A stretch of 64,000 nucleotides of DNA from positions 64,363 through 128,362 of the forward strand of contig JAJEAR010000030.1 of NCBI GenBank assembly GCA_022822665.1, given 5' to 3'. Positions 40,389 to 50,104 of this stretch are shown in pieces; positions within the stretch are counted from its first letter, which is position 1; each line of letters begins with the position of its first letter. Source of the DNA: Alphaproteobacteria bacterium (GTDB lineage: Bacteria > Pseudomonadota > Alphaproteobacteria > Thalassobaculales > Thalassobaculaceae). The notes under the pieces were generated by a model. It was not told the DNA's origin, did no database searches, and saw only the letters and a program-made list of their open reading frames with translations. The translations under genes were made by a program, and so were the position numbers.

Positions 40389-41451
40389 CGTGTCCCTGCC
40401 TGTCTCGGTTTCCGATCCGGGACACACTATCGCGCCGGAGCGAACTGCGCCAAGCGCGAGTGGCAACCGGCATCAGGCTGGCGATGCCGCACACCAGGAC
40501 CGGCATCGCGTTGTCAAGTACAGGCAGGATGCTGAAGTGCACGGGCATGAGGTCGAGATTGCTACCGCGGGTCGACCCGACCGGCACACAGGGTGCCGGC
40601 GATGCGAGGCGGAGCGCGTCAAGGCTCTCGTCCCGCCGCGGCACCGTGACGCGCTGGACGAAACCCGGGAGCAGGGCCACGGCCATTCCGACGATGGGAC
40701 TGCCCGCCGTCAGTGCGTCAAGTGCGACAGCGGCGACGAGGCAGCCGGCGGCAGCGCCGGGCAGGCGAAGCGTCGGTAGCGGCGCGGATGGGCACGGTCA
40801 TTCAGCACCGCAAATGCCAGTGATCCGGGGTGCCGGGGCTCTCGGGAGGGCTGCGGGCAACACCTCAGGCATGGAATTGGCGGGATGCCGGCGAACCCCC
40901 GGTGTCAGGGAACCCGTGCACATGCGGATGCCTTGTGTCGGGACCCCGGGAGATCTTCGGTCTGTTCCGCCTGTCGTGGCGGGACCGTGCCGGGAAAGGA
41001 GAATGCCGAAGCCCATGATTAATGGACCGAAGAAGTCGGATGTGGCCGTATGACCTGTTTGCCCGCGGCTTCGGCGCCGACCAAATCGAGGCCGGCAACG
41101 GCACCGACACCCTGGCGGGCACCGGGCTCTGCCGGATCAACCCGCGCACGGGTAACCGGCCGCGCGGCCGGGCCCGGGGCAGACGACGGCGACGCCCGGC
41201 GTCCATGACCTCCCCTGGGCGGCGAAAGGTCCGCCTTTCGCGCCTTCCGGCCTCCTCCATCGGCTGCCTCCTCCGATGCCTGGCCTCTGGACCCGACCGG
41301 GAGTTTCACGATCCGCCCGTCATACACCCGCTCTTGAGAGCTTTGCCAACCTGGTCGGTCAGGCCGGGACCCGGTCCGTGGTCGCCACGCCGCACCAGGT
41401 CGGCGCACGCGGAGCCCTGTTCGTTCCGATCGCGCCGGTGCGGGAGATGCG

Positions 41452-41724
41452 TTACGGACCTGGCACGGTGCCCAGGATCAGTTCAGCCGGCCACGGCAGG
41501 AACAGGACCGCGGGAACTGCCGCGCCGATCAGCTTGATCCGCCTGAACTCGCCCATCTCACCCCTGAGTCCGACTGCGAAACTCGAGAGATCGGCTTTGG
41601 CCGCCACACAGCCGGTTACTCCGGCCCGCACGGTCCTGGTGATCGCTTCGGCGTGACTGGCGTTGACGCCCCTGGCTTCCAGCTTGCGGGTGATTGCAGG
41701 CGGATCGAACGGAACATCTGCCAT
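41452..41724 (-). CDS. DUF1640-like small coiled-coil/TM protein
   Basis: MADVPFDPPAITRKLEARGVNASHAEAITRTV...AKADLSSF...IKLIGAAVPAVLFL resembles DUF1640 proteins from memory. Confidence 0.45.
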   Translation of the reverse strand: MADVPFDPPAITRKLEARGVNASHAEAITRTVRAGVTGCVAAKADLSSFAVGLRGEMGEFRRIKLIGAAVPAVLFLPWPAELILGTVPGP

Positions 41725-41862
41725 CCATGGACGCCGGGCCGCACGGTCCGGTCGGTCAAGCCCCGGATCGACGGCACGGGCAGCCCCGGGCTTCGGCCTG
41801 GCGCACCCGGAGTGACCTTCATCCCGGTCGTGCAGGTACAGTTCCGCGAGCTGGTGGGCGAT

Positions 41863-42633
41863 TCAGGCCGCGGACGAGCCGCCGCCGGCGGCCGAAACGT
41901 GTCTTCCGCAATCGTGGGGCGGGCCCGAACAGGCCTCGCACATCTGACGGGCACGGAACTGGTTGGCGGCAGTAAGTACGTCTGCCGTGGGTCCGTGTGC
42001 GACCAGGTCGCGCGCCAGGATCATCGTTTGGGGAAAATGAGTGCGAACGGTCTCGACGTCGTGCAGGACGGTGAGCACCGTGCGTCCTTCTCCGTGCCAG
42101 CGCTGTATCACACCGAGCAAATCGGTCATCGTCCTGGAATCGATGGCCGTGAACGGCTCGTCGAGCAGCATGAGCCGTGCGTCCTCAAGCAGGAGGCGGG
42201 CGAACAGTGAACGCTGAAACTGCCCGCCGGACAGGGTCCTGACGGGCCGGGACTCGAACCCGGTCAGTCCGACGGCGGCTATGGCGTCGTCGATCCGGGA
42301 CCGGTGCCGGGCTTGCAGCCCCGAAAAAGCGCCGATCTCGCGCCAGAGCCCCATCGCCACGAGGTCGATGACCGTGACCGGGAATGACCTGTCGATGTCC
42401 GACTGTTGTGGCAGGTATGCGACATCGTTTCGCGCACAGGTTCCGAACTGGACGCGCCCGGCGAGTGGCCGCAACGCACCCGTCATGCCCTTGAGCAGCG
42501 TCGACTTGCCCGCACCGTTCGGCCCCACGATGGCGGTCAGGCTGCCATCGGGAACCTGGCCTGTGACGTGACGCACCGCGGGGCGCCGGTCATAACCCAG
42601 GGTCAGTTCCTGAAACGCGACCGCATAGGTCAT
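41863..42633 (-). CDS. znuC: Zinc/metal ABC transporter ATP-binding protein ZnuC
   Basis: It has Walker A (GPNGAGKSTL), the signature LSGGQFQR and Walker B (LMLLDEP). The start is at MTYAVAFQEL. It lies downstream of zur. Confidence 0.85.
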   Translation of the reverse strand: MTYAVAFQELTLGYDRRPAVRHVTGQVPDGSLTAIVGPNGAGKSTLLKGMTGALRPLAGRVQFGTCARNDVAYLPQQSDIDRSFPVTVIDLVAMGLWREIGAFSGLQARHRSRIDDAIAAVGLTGFESRPVRTLSGGQFQRSLFARLLLEDARLMLLDEPFTAIDSRTMTDLLGVIQRWHGEGRTVLTVLHDVETVRTHFPQTMILARDLVAHGPTADVLTAANQFRARQMCEACSGPPHDCGRHVSAAGGGSSAA

Positions 42634-42775
42634 GACCCTCCCGGAGTGGATGTCGCCCACAGGAAACCGAGCCAGAGCGCCAGAAGAAGCAGAAGCGCTC
42701 CGGCAATCCGCGGCGCCGCCCCGACGAGCAGCAACCCGCGTTCAGGCCTGTGCGCATTTCGCGTGCGCCGGGCCG

Positions 42776-43162
42776 CTAGGTTCTGCAGCGCGCGCACTGG
42801 CCATGGACCTCGATCACCTGGCGTGTTGGCGTGAAGTCGATCTGTTCCGCGATGCTTGACAGCTGGTCAGTGACGACCGACGAGACAGGCTCGGCAACCG
42901 AGCCGCAATCCTCGCAGATAAGGAGAATCGGTGAATCCCTGTGCCGATCGACTGAACAGGCAACAAAGGCGTTGAGGGATTCAAGACGGTGCACTCCGCC
43001 ACGCTCGATCAATGCCGCCAGCGCCCGGTAGATCGTTGGTGGAGCAAGTCGCGGTTGAACATCGCGCAATTGTCCGAGGACCTCGTATGCAGACATCGGC
43101 GTACCGTGCTTCTGAAGGACCGCGAGAACCTTTTCCTGCATGTTCCCACTGCGTTGATTCAC
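42776..43162 (-). CDS. zur: Fur-family zinc uptake regulator Zur
   Basis: It has a winged helix (SAYEVLGQL...PPTIYRALAAL) and two CxxC pairs (CEDCGS, CARC). It is adjacent to znuC. Confidence 0.85.
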   Translation of the reverse strand: MNQRSGNMQEKVLAVLQKHGTPMSAYEVLGQLRDVQPRLAPPTIYRALAALIERGGVHRLESLNAFVACSVDRHRDSPILLICEDCGSVAEPVSSVVTDQLSSIAEQIDFTPTRQVIEVHGQCARCRT

Positions 43163-43187
43163 ATCAGCCTCACAGACCGCTCACTGA

Positions 43188-43205
43188 GCGTATATTATAC
43201 CGTTA
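43188..43205 (-). promoter_or_regulatory. Candidate Zur box overlapping a TATAAT -10 element (minus strand GTAACGGTATAATATACG)
   Basis: It contains a perfect GTATA-N-TATAC palindrome 26 nt upstream of the zur start. The core matches the E. coli Zur-box core GTTATAATATAAC at 10/13 positions, as I recall that consensus. Confidence 0.5.
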
Positions 43206-43718
43206 CATGACTCCGGTGCCAACTTGTCGTGGCGCGGAGCCAACAGGTGCACCTGCGCTTGATAGTTGACCAATATCACATTTGAACCGATGTGGTCGGC
43301 TGTCTTTTCCGGAACAGTGTTCACGCGGATGTCCCCGGTGACACGTGATCGATGAAGATCGCGGCAGGATTCCGGCGGCGGCGTGGCGGTGCCGGGGCAT
43401 GCGGGGACCGGACGGTGCGCGCCGTCCATGTCCCGGCGGCGAAGTGCTGCACCGCGCGCGCGGGCACCAGCCGCCGCGGTGGCGCACAGCTCGCCGTACC
43501 GTGTCACCGCGTGTCCTGTGACTGGTCATCCACGGATCGAAGGGACGGGTGAGCGCGCCGGTGGCGCCTCGCCGCAGCGGGGCTCCGCGGGCAGGGACAC
43601 CCGCGGCATGTCCCGCCAGTCCGTGATCACGGAGGTGTTCTTTGTCGGGTGCCATGGCAGGGGCGGGGGCGGGCGTCTACAGTTGCCGGGTGTTCTGTTT
43701 CCGTGAGCGGGGTAATGC

Positions 43719-45236
43719 ATGACGGCTCGCGCCGAGGAAGCCCCGGTCAGCCGCGCCTACCGGATGCTCGTGCTCGTCATCATGGCGTTGAGCGCCATGC
43801 TGTATTCGCTCACCATCACCATGGTGAACGTTGCCCTGCCGCAGCTGCAGGGCGCGCTTGGCGCGACCCAGGAGCAGGTGGCGTGGGTGGTGACGCTCAA
43901 CGTGGTTGCCACCGCCGTGGTCACGCCGCTCACCGGGGCGATGGTCGCCATGTTCGGGCAGCGACGCCTGCTGCTCTGGTGCATCTCCGGCTTCACCCTG
44001 GCGACGCTCGCCTGCGCCTTCGCCACCAGCCTCGAATCGCTGTTGTTCTTCCGGGTGCTCCAGGGGGCGCTCGGTGCGCCGCTGGTGCCGATGGCACAGG
44101 CCATCATCCTGCAGACCTGGCCGCGGGAGGAACATGCCAAGGCCAACGGCTTCATGGGCATGTCGGTGGTGATCGGGCCCGCGATCGCTCCATCGCTCGG
44201 CGGATACCTCTCGCAGGAATACAGCTGGCGCTGGGTGTTCCTGATGATGGTCCCCCTCGGTGTCGTCACCTACCTGGGCGTCGTGCGCTGGATTCGTGAA
44301 GGAGGGCACAACACCGCGTTTCGCTTCGACTTCGCCGGGTTCGCCCTGTTCTCGATCGCGATCGTCTCGCTGCAGCTCATCCTTGACCGGGGCGAACGCC
44401 TCGACTGGATGGACTCGCCCTTCATCGTCTCGACGACGGTACTGATGGCGGTTGCGTTTCTCATGTACCTCGCGAACAGCTGCTTCACCGAACAGCCGTT
44501 CATCAACCCCCGGCTGTTCGGCGATCGCAACTACACCATCGGGCTGTTCCTCGTCTTCATCTACGGCTCGCTGAACTTCACGCCGCTGGTCCTGCTGCCG
44601 CCGCTGCTGCAGAACCTGAAGGGGTATCCGGACGGGCTGATCGGCATCCTGCTCGCGATGCGCGGTGTCGGCATGATCGTGGGTTTCATGGTAGCGGCCC
44701 GGATGGGGCGGGTGGATCCGCGGGTTGGCCTGGTGGTGGGCATGGTCTGTGTCGGCATCAGTGGCTGGGCGCTCAGCCTGCATGATCTCAATGTCGGCAT
44801 GTGGGCGCTCGCATGGCCCAGCATCCTGCAGGGGTTCGGCTGCGGCATCATGTGGGTGCCGCTGTCGATCGTGACATTCTCCACCCTGCCGCCGGCCATG
44901 CTCCCGGACGGGTCGGCGCTGTTCCATCTGCTGCGCAACCTCGGCACCAGCCTGTTCGTGGCCTTCAGCGTGTTCCTGCTGGTGCGAACCACGAAGATCC
45001 GCTACTCCGAGATGGTGGGTACGGTGACGCCGTACTCCGAGCGCCTGGACTTCGGGCATGTCGTCGGCACGGGGTCCGTGGACTGGGTCGACAGTCTCGG
45101 CAGGCTTGCGTCCGAAGCCGTCCGTCAGTCGACGATGATCGGCTACAACAACTGCTTCTACCTGTACGCCGCCACCTGCTTCGCCAGCCTGCCGATCCTG
45201 GCCCTGGTTACGCTTGACCGAAAATCCCGCCGGTGA
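43719..45236 (+). CDS. DHA2-family (EmrB/QacA-like) MFS efflux transporter
   Basis: The 505-aa protein has ~14 TM segments, and the N-terminal LTITMVNVALPQLQGALGAT...WVVTLNVVA is typical of DHA2. Confidence 0.88.
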   Translation: MTARAEEAPVSRAYRMLVLVIMALSAMLYSLTITMVNVALPQLQGALGATQEQVAWVVTLNVVATAVVTPLTGAMVAMFGQRRLLLWCISGFTLATLACAFATSLESLLFFRVLQGALGAPLVPMAQAIILQTWPREEHAKANGFMGMSVVIGPAIAPSLGGYLSQEYSWRWVFLMMVPLGVVTYLGVVRWIREGGHNTAFRFDFAGFALFSIAIVSLQLILDRGERLDWMDSPFIVSTTVLMAVAFLMYLANSCFTEQPFINPRLFGDRNYTIGLFLVFIYGSLNFTPLVLLPPLLQNLKGYPDGLIGILLAMRGVGMIVGFMVAARMGRVDPRVGLVVGMVCVGISGWALSLHDLNVGMWALAWPSILQGFGCGIMWVPLSIVTFSTLPPAMLPDGSALFHLLRNLGTSLFVAFSVFLLVRTTKIRYSEMVGTVTPYSERLDFGHVVGTGSVDWVDSLGRLASEAVRQSTMIGYNNCFYLYAATCFASLPILALVTLDRKSRR

Positions 45237-45243
45237 CGGCGGT

Positions 45244-46395
45244 TCAGGGCATCGGGGAGACGATGGAGCGGGGGACGAAGACCTCGCCCTTCATGAGGAT
45301 CCGCGCGGTTCGCCACGCCGTGACCTGCTCGACTGTGACGACTCCGTCTTCCGTGCGGACCGATGCGTCAAGCGGCAGCACTCCCGACGGTGTCGCGATG
45401 CGCAGCGCGTCCGCTCCCCGCGCCAGCACCCGTGCGCAGACCGAGCCAGGGATGCGGCAGGCAACGGCGAGACACATGGCGCCTGTCAGCGGCAGTACCC
45501 GGTGGACCCGGCCCATGGACCAGATTCGCGCCGCGATGACGGCCTCGTTGCCTGCGACCGTGGCGCCCGAAAGGGTACGATAGCTCCGCGCCGGGGCGAC
45601 CAGGCCGATCATCGGCGCGTTGGGACGGGCGGTTTCGGGCGAAGCGGCCAGCCCCATCCTGACCGCCGCCTCGCACCTGATCCGTTCGAGCCGGGCCGTG
45701 AGCCCGGTATCCGCGTCAAGCGCGTCGATCCCTTCTGTGCCTTCGAGCCCGAAACGCTCCGCTTCGAGAAACACGCAGGGATTGCTCGAATCGACCATCG
45801 AGGCCTCGACGGTCCCGTCGTCGCCGGTCGACACCGTGTCGACGGGCCGCCCGGTGGGCAGCAGCGCACCGGTTGCCGGTCCGGCCGGATCCATGAAATC
45901 GAGCCTGATCCCCGCTCCAGTCCCGGCCACGCCCGGGATGGCGAAGGATCCTTCGACCTCCGGCGCGCCGTCCGTTACCGGCACCCTGGCGCGGATCAGC
46001 TTGCGGGTGTTGGTGTTGTGGATCATGACCTCGGTCTCGGAGCTGTTCGCGTCGACCAGTCCGCTGTCGATGGCGAAGGGTCCGACCGCGGAACTCAGGT
46101 TGCCGCAGTTGGAGCCGAGGTGCACGGCCGGTACCGCGACATCAACCTGGGCAAAGGTGTAGTCGACATCGGCGTCGGGACGTGTCGACGGGCCGATGAT
46201 CACCGCCTTGGATACCGAGGACAGACCGCCGCCGAGACCGTTCAGCTGCCTCTGGTAGGGGTCGGGACTGCCGAGAACCGCGAGCAGGATCCGGTCCCGG
46301 AATGCCGGATCGCCGGGAAGATCGACGTTTCGGAAGAACACCCCTTTCGACGAGCCGCCGCGCATGAATGTCGCCGGAAACGAGACCTGTGCCAT
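45244..46395 (-). CDS. PrpF family isomerase (2-methylaconitate isomerase / 4-oxalomesaconate tautomerase-like)
   Basis: The start is at MAQVSFPATFMRGGSSKGVFF. GSPDPYQRQLNGLGGGLSSVSK and NCGNLSSAVGPFAI are present. Confidence 0.85.
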   Translation of the reverse strand: MAQVSFPATFMRGGSSKGVFFRNVDLPGDPAFRDRILLAVLGSPDPYQRQLNGLGGGLSSVSKAVIIGPSTRPDADVDYTFAQVDVAVPAVHLGSNCGNLSSAVGPFAIDSGLVDANSSETEVMIHNTNTRKLIRARVPVTDGAPEVEGSFAIPGVAGTGAGIRLDFMDPAGPATGALLPTGRPVDTVSTGDDGTVEASMVDSSNPCVFLEAERFGLEGTEGIDALDADTGLTARLERIRCEAAVRMGLAASPETARPNAPMIGLVAPARSYRTLSGATVAGNEAVIAARIWSMGRVHRVLPLTGAMCLAVACRIPGSVCARVLARGADALRIATPSGVLPLDASVRTEDGVVTVEQVTAWRTARILMKGEVFVPRSIVSPMP

Positions 46396-46634
46396 TCTCG
46401 GGGTTCCTTCACGCAGGGTTCGCACGGTGCTCCCGCGGGAGGGTCCGCCCCCGGACCGCCGCCGAGGGCAGCATGCCGGCGCCGGCGCGAACCGGTAGCC
46501 ATCTTGCCGGGCAAGTCTCTACAGGGGCAAGTGCCGTTCGGGCCCGGGCCAGGGGACCTTGCCGTGCCACGCCGGTTTCTCCATGCTGCCGCCCGGCGTC
46601 GTGGAGCCGGAGGAAGCGGGACCCCGTGGGAGCG

Positions 46635-47717
46635 ATGATCATGATCGGATGCAGGACTGGCTGTGTCATCCTGTTGGCGGGTGCGGTGCTTGCGACGTGG
46701 GCGACGGTCCCCGCTGCCCGTGCCGAGGGCGAGAAGGCGGCGTGCGTGGAGGCGCTTGAACGGGTCCGGCAGTGGATCCGTGCGACCGAACCCGGCGCGC
46801 CGCAGGAAGAACACGCGCGGGTGAAGGCTGCCGTTCAGGAGACAGGCAGCCTGTGCGACGCGGCGCGCGCGGCATTGCCGCAGGACACGGAAGTCATGGT
46901 GCACAGCGCCTACGCCGCCTTCGCCAGGGAGGATCGGAAGGCCGGCGTGGCGCTGATCGAACAGGCGGCGGATGCCGGTCATGCGTCGGCGATGGTGATG
47001 CTGGCCCGCTACCACGCGCGTGGCGAGCTGGTGGAAAAGGATGTCGAGGGAGCCTGGCTGCTGCTGATCCAGGCGCTGAAGTCGGATGATGCGGCGGCCC
47101 GGATCCAGGCCGCGCTCGAGTTCCTGCCCGGTGGCGCCGGACCCGAGAACCCGCAGCGGGCGCGCACGGTCATCATGGATCTCGCCGATCAGGGCAACAG
47201 CGAGGCGATGATCACCTACGCCATGAAGGTCCTCGGCCTGCTGAAGCGGTCGGCCGGCGACGTCGAGGCGGAGGAAGGCATGGCGTTGCTGCACCGCGCG
47301 GCCGAGGAGGCCGGCGATACCCAGGCCATGATCTATCTGAGCCTGCTCTACAACCAGGGCAAGGTGGTTCCGAAGGACGAGGCCATGGCGATCAATTTCG
47401 CCCGGAAGGCCATTGACGGCGGCCTGACCAGGGCCTACGGCACCATGGGCCAGATCTACCAGAACAAGGGCGAACTCGAGGAGGCTGTCAGCTGGTTCCG
47501 ACGCGGGGCCGAGGCCGGGGACGGGTTTTCCCAGGGCATGCTCGGCTTCATGTACATGGGCGGGTTCGGCGTCGACCGGAGCGAGGAAGAGGCGAAGCGG
47601 TGGTGGACCATGGGACGCTGGAACGGCGACCGGCTGTCGTCCGGTTACCTGCAGGTGCAGCGCGAACGCGCGATGGAGTTGCAGGGCCGTAACGGGAGTT
47701 CGGGCAGCAGCCAGTAG
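46635..47717 (+). CDS. Exported Sel1-repeat (SLR/TPR-like) protein
   Basis: ORF trimmed to ATG 46635 (MIMIGCRTGCVILLAGAVLA...). It has repeated Sel1-type units (GHASAMVMLARYHARG, GDTQAMIYLSLLYNQGKVVPKD, GFSQGMLGFMYMGGFGVDRS). Confidence 0.85.
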   Translation: MIMIGCRTGCVILLAGAVLATWATVPAARAEGEKAACVEALERVRQWIRATEPGAPQEEHARVKAAVQETGSLCDAARAALPQDTEVMVHSAYAAFAREDRKAGVALIEQAADAGHASAMVMLARYHARGELVEKDVEGAWLLLIQALKSDDAAARIQAALEFLPGGAGPENPQRARTVIMDLADQGNSEAMITYAMKVLGLLKRSAGDVEAEEGMALLHRAAEEAGDTQAMIYLSLLYNQGKVVPKDEAMAINFARKAIDGGLTRAYGTMGQIYQNKGELEEAVSWFRRGAEAGDGFSQGMLGFMYMGGFGVDRSEEEAKRWWTMGRWNGDRLSSGYLQVQRERAMELQGRNGSSGSSQ

Positions 47718-47726
47718 GTCCGCGGT

Positions 47727-48410
47727 TCAGACCAGATCCCCGTCCGACAACGTGAAGTGAAGCCGGTAGGTGCCGAGCGCGACCTCGCTCGCGCCGCGGG
47801 TTGCGAGTGCGGAGGGTGACAGTGTTCCGGCGACAAGCTCCTCGAGGGGCCCCGCGTCGACGGCCTCGACGAGGAACACGCCGTCCGCCACCGCGTCGAC
47901 GCCCTCGCGCATCGCCTTTTCCTCCGTCTGCACGTGGCTTGCCTGCAGGTCGCCCCGCAGCAGGTGGGCTGCGACGATCCCCGGGGTGCCGATCAGTGCC
48001 GGCAGTGCCTTGCGCGCGAGCCACGCCGCGGGATCCGGTTCCCCGGCCGCGGTTGCGAACCGGCCGGTGAGGATGGCTGCGCCCTGGCCGATCCCGAAGG
48101 ACGCCTCGACCCGGCAGAGCGACCGGTTGTTGTCCTTCAGCTCCGGGCCCACCCTTCGGGTCCACGGGGTCGGAGAATTCAGTCGTTCGAGGTAGGCCGG
48201 TGACGTGAGGGTCTCGAGCGACTCGGTCTCGTAGAAGTGGAAGAACTCCGGGTCGGCGTCGATCGGGCCATAGCGCCGGCCACGCAGGAAACCCGGTACA
48301 CCGACACGTTCGGGCACGTGTTCGTGGACATGCCAGTGGTTGTAGTCGGCCTGCGCCGACGGGGACACGTTGTGCCAGATGGCGGCAACGCCCTTACCCA
48401 GCAGCGGCAT
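47727..48410 (-). CDS. Conserved hypothetical protein
   Basis: The ORF starts at MPLLGKGVAAIWHNVSPS..., and its start overlaps the phyH-like stop by 17 nt. I recognise no motif confidently. Confidence 0.5.
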   Translation of the reverse strand: MPLLGKGVAAIWHNVSPSAQADYNHWHVHEHVPERVGVPGFLRGRRYGPIDADPEFFHFYETESLETLTSPAYLERLNSPTPWTRRVGPELKDNNRSLCRVEASFGIGQGAAILTGRFATAAGEPDPAAWLARKALPALIGTPGIVAAHLLRGDLQASHVQTEEKAMREGVDAVADGVFLVEAVDAGPLEELVAGTLSPSALATRGASEVALGTYRLHFTLSDGDLV

Positions 48411-49275
48411 GATCCCGGTCCCCCGTGGTGGTGGCACCCTGGTAGTAGATCTTCCGCTGTTCCTCGTCGGCGCGCTCGTGGAATGCGACCGCTACCGGGT
48501 CGAAGTCGCACGATGGTTCCGGTTCGGGTTCGAAGTGACCGAAACGGTCGGTTCCCCTGACCAGCGACGCCGAATCCCAGTCGGCCTGTACCTGGCGGGC
48601 CGAGGGCGCGATGTAGCGAATGCCGATGCCGATGCGCCGGTCATCGCTGATATTGGGGCCCGACGCGTGCGCCAGGCGATAGTCGAACAACGCAACCTCG
48701 CCAGGGGCCAGTTCGAGTTCGAGTGCCCGTGTTTCGTCGATGCCGTTGATCGACTGGCCGCGGGTGAGCATGTTGTGTTCGGCCCAGGTGTCCTCGTGCT
48801 CCATCGGCGGCTCGAGGTGCGATCCTGGCAGGACACGCAGGCAGCCGCTTGCGCGTGTCGCGGGCGAGAGCGCCAGCCACACCGAGACGAAGCGGTCACT
48901 CTCCACACCCCAGTACCGACTGTCCTGGTGCCACGACACGTACTGCGGGGAGTGGGCCTCCTTGATGAACCAGTGGGTGGTCCAGCACAGGATGTCCGGC
49001 CCGATCAGGTCCTCGACCAGATCGAGGATACGGGGGGTGCGGACCACCTCGGCCAGCCATCGGAACAGCAGGTGGCTCTTGAACCGGTAGGACCCGCGGA
49101 TCATGTCACCCGGTCGTGGCCGATTCTCGGTAAACACCGGGCCGCGCTCCGCTTCGACGGCCTCGAGCGCCCCTCGCAGCCGGGCGGCTTCCGCTTCGTC
49201 GAACACCCGGAGCGGTGACAGGGCACCGGTGCGGCGGTAGCGCTCTATGGCGCTCTGGTCGAGTTCACCTCCCAT
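48394..49275 (-). CDS. Phytanoyl-CoA dioxygenase (PhyH) family Fe(II)/2-oxoglutarate oxygenase
   Basis: ORF trimmed to ATG 49275 (MGGELDQSAIERYRRTGAL...). SWHQDSRYW (HxD) and the distal His in YRLAHASGPN are present. Confidence 0.82.
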   Translation of the reverse strand: MGGELDQSAIERYRRTGALSPLRVFDEAEAARLRGALEAVEAERGPVFTENRPRPGDMIRGSYRFKSHLLFRWLAEVVRTPRILDLVEDLIGPDILCWTTHWFIKEAHSPQYVSWHQDSRYWGVESDRFVSVWLALSPATRASGCLRVLPGSHLEPPMEHEDTWAEHNMLTRGQSINGIDETRALELELAPGEVALFDYRLAHASGPNISDDRRIGIGIRYIAPSARQVQADWDSASLVRGTDRFGHFEPEPEPSCDFDPVAVAFHERADEEQRKIYYQGATTTGDRDHAAAG

Positions 49276-49570
49276 CACGGACCTCCCTTCCTTCCGGCGA
49301 CCGGTCCTGCTCGCGTGCCCGAGGGTTCCGGCCTTGCCTGTGCCAGTGTGCGGGGATTGACGGGTCGTGTCGAGCCCGGGCCATGCCCGTCCGGGAACCC
49401 GGCTCGCGGGCTGCTTCCTCACGCGTGCGGGCAGGCCGTGTTCCGCAGCCCGTTCCGGGTGCTCAGGTTCCGCGGTCCGGCGTGGTAGGATCGTGCGGAG
49501 CGGTTCCTGCCGGTGCGGCAGGTCGGCGTGTGGAGGCATGTGGCGTGATGAGTGCCGGAACCCCTGGCGC

Positions 49571-50104
49571 ATGACCCGGGCCACGCTCATTCTCGGAGGT
49601 GCGCGGTCGGGCAAGAGCAGCTACGGCGAGACACTCGCTCTCGCCTCCGGCCTGGTCCCGGTCTACCTGGCCACCGCGCGGGCCGGCGACGGGGAGATGG
49701 GCGCGCGGATTGCGCGTCACCGTGAACGCCGGGCCGGGCAGGGATGGCGTCTGGTCGAGGAGCCGACGGAACTGGCCGCGGCTCTGCGCCGGGAGGCGAC
49801 CGCCGGAACGGTGGTCCTTGTCGACTGCCTCTCGATGTGGTTGTCCAACCTGCTGGTCGCCGGGTGTGAACCGGAACCGCCGGCAGCCGCCCTGCTCGAG
49901 GCAATCGACAGTGTCGAGGGACAGCTGCTGCTGGTCTCGAGCGAGGTCGGGCTCGGCGTGGTGCCGGCGACGTCCCTCGGGAGGCGGTTTCGTGACCGGC
50001 TTGGAGAACTGCACCAGGAGATAGCCCGCGGCGCCGGAACGGTGGTGATGATGGTGGCGGGGCTCCCGCTCCTGGTCAAACAGGACGGCGGCAGCGACGC
50101 GTGA
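49571..50104 (+). CDS. cobU: Bifunctional adenosylcobinamide kinase / adenosylcobinamide-phosphate guanylyltransferase
   Basis: ORF trimmed to ATG 49571 (MTRATLILGGARSGKSSYGE...), which has a P-loop. The C-terminus and the ~177 aa length are typical of CobU/CobP. Confidence 0.9.
   Translation: MTRATLILGGARSGKSSYGETLALASGLVPVYLATARAGDGEMGARIARHRERRAGQGWRLVEEPTELAAALRREATAGTVVLVDCLSMWLSNLLVAGCEPEPPAAALLEAIDSVEGQLLLVSSEVGLGVVPATSLGRRFRDRLGELHQEIARGAGTVVMMVAGLPLLVKQDGGSDA

Noticed and set aside
40315-40797. A minus-strand frame with a hydrophobic translation (..LPGAAAGCLVAAVALDALTAGSPIVGMAVALLPGFV..) as a possible small membrane protein or ZnuB remnant.
   Set aside because: It has no recognisable motif, it overlaps the aspartate dehydrogenase start by ~70 nt, and its composition could be GC-driven. 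I left it unannotated.
43260-43278. The inverted repeat TGATA-N9-TATCA upstream of the MFS pump as a second Zur box.
   Set aside because: It does not resemble the Zur consensus or the 43188..43205 site. Its function is unknown.
49276-49570. A possible cobalamin riboswitch upstream of cobU (it contains ..GTCCGGGAACCCGGCTCGCGGGCTGC..).
   Set aside because: Only a GGGAAC fragment fits. The GGTG-AA-TCC and B12-box elements are absent.
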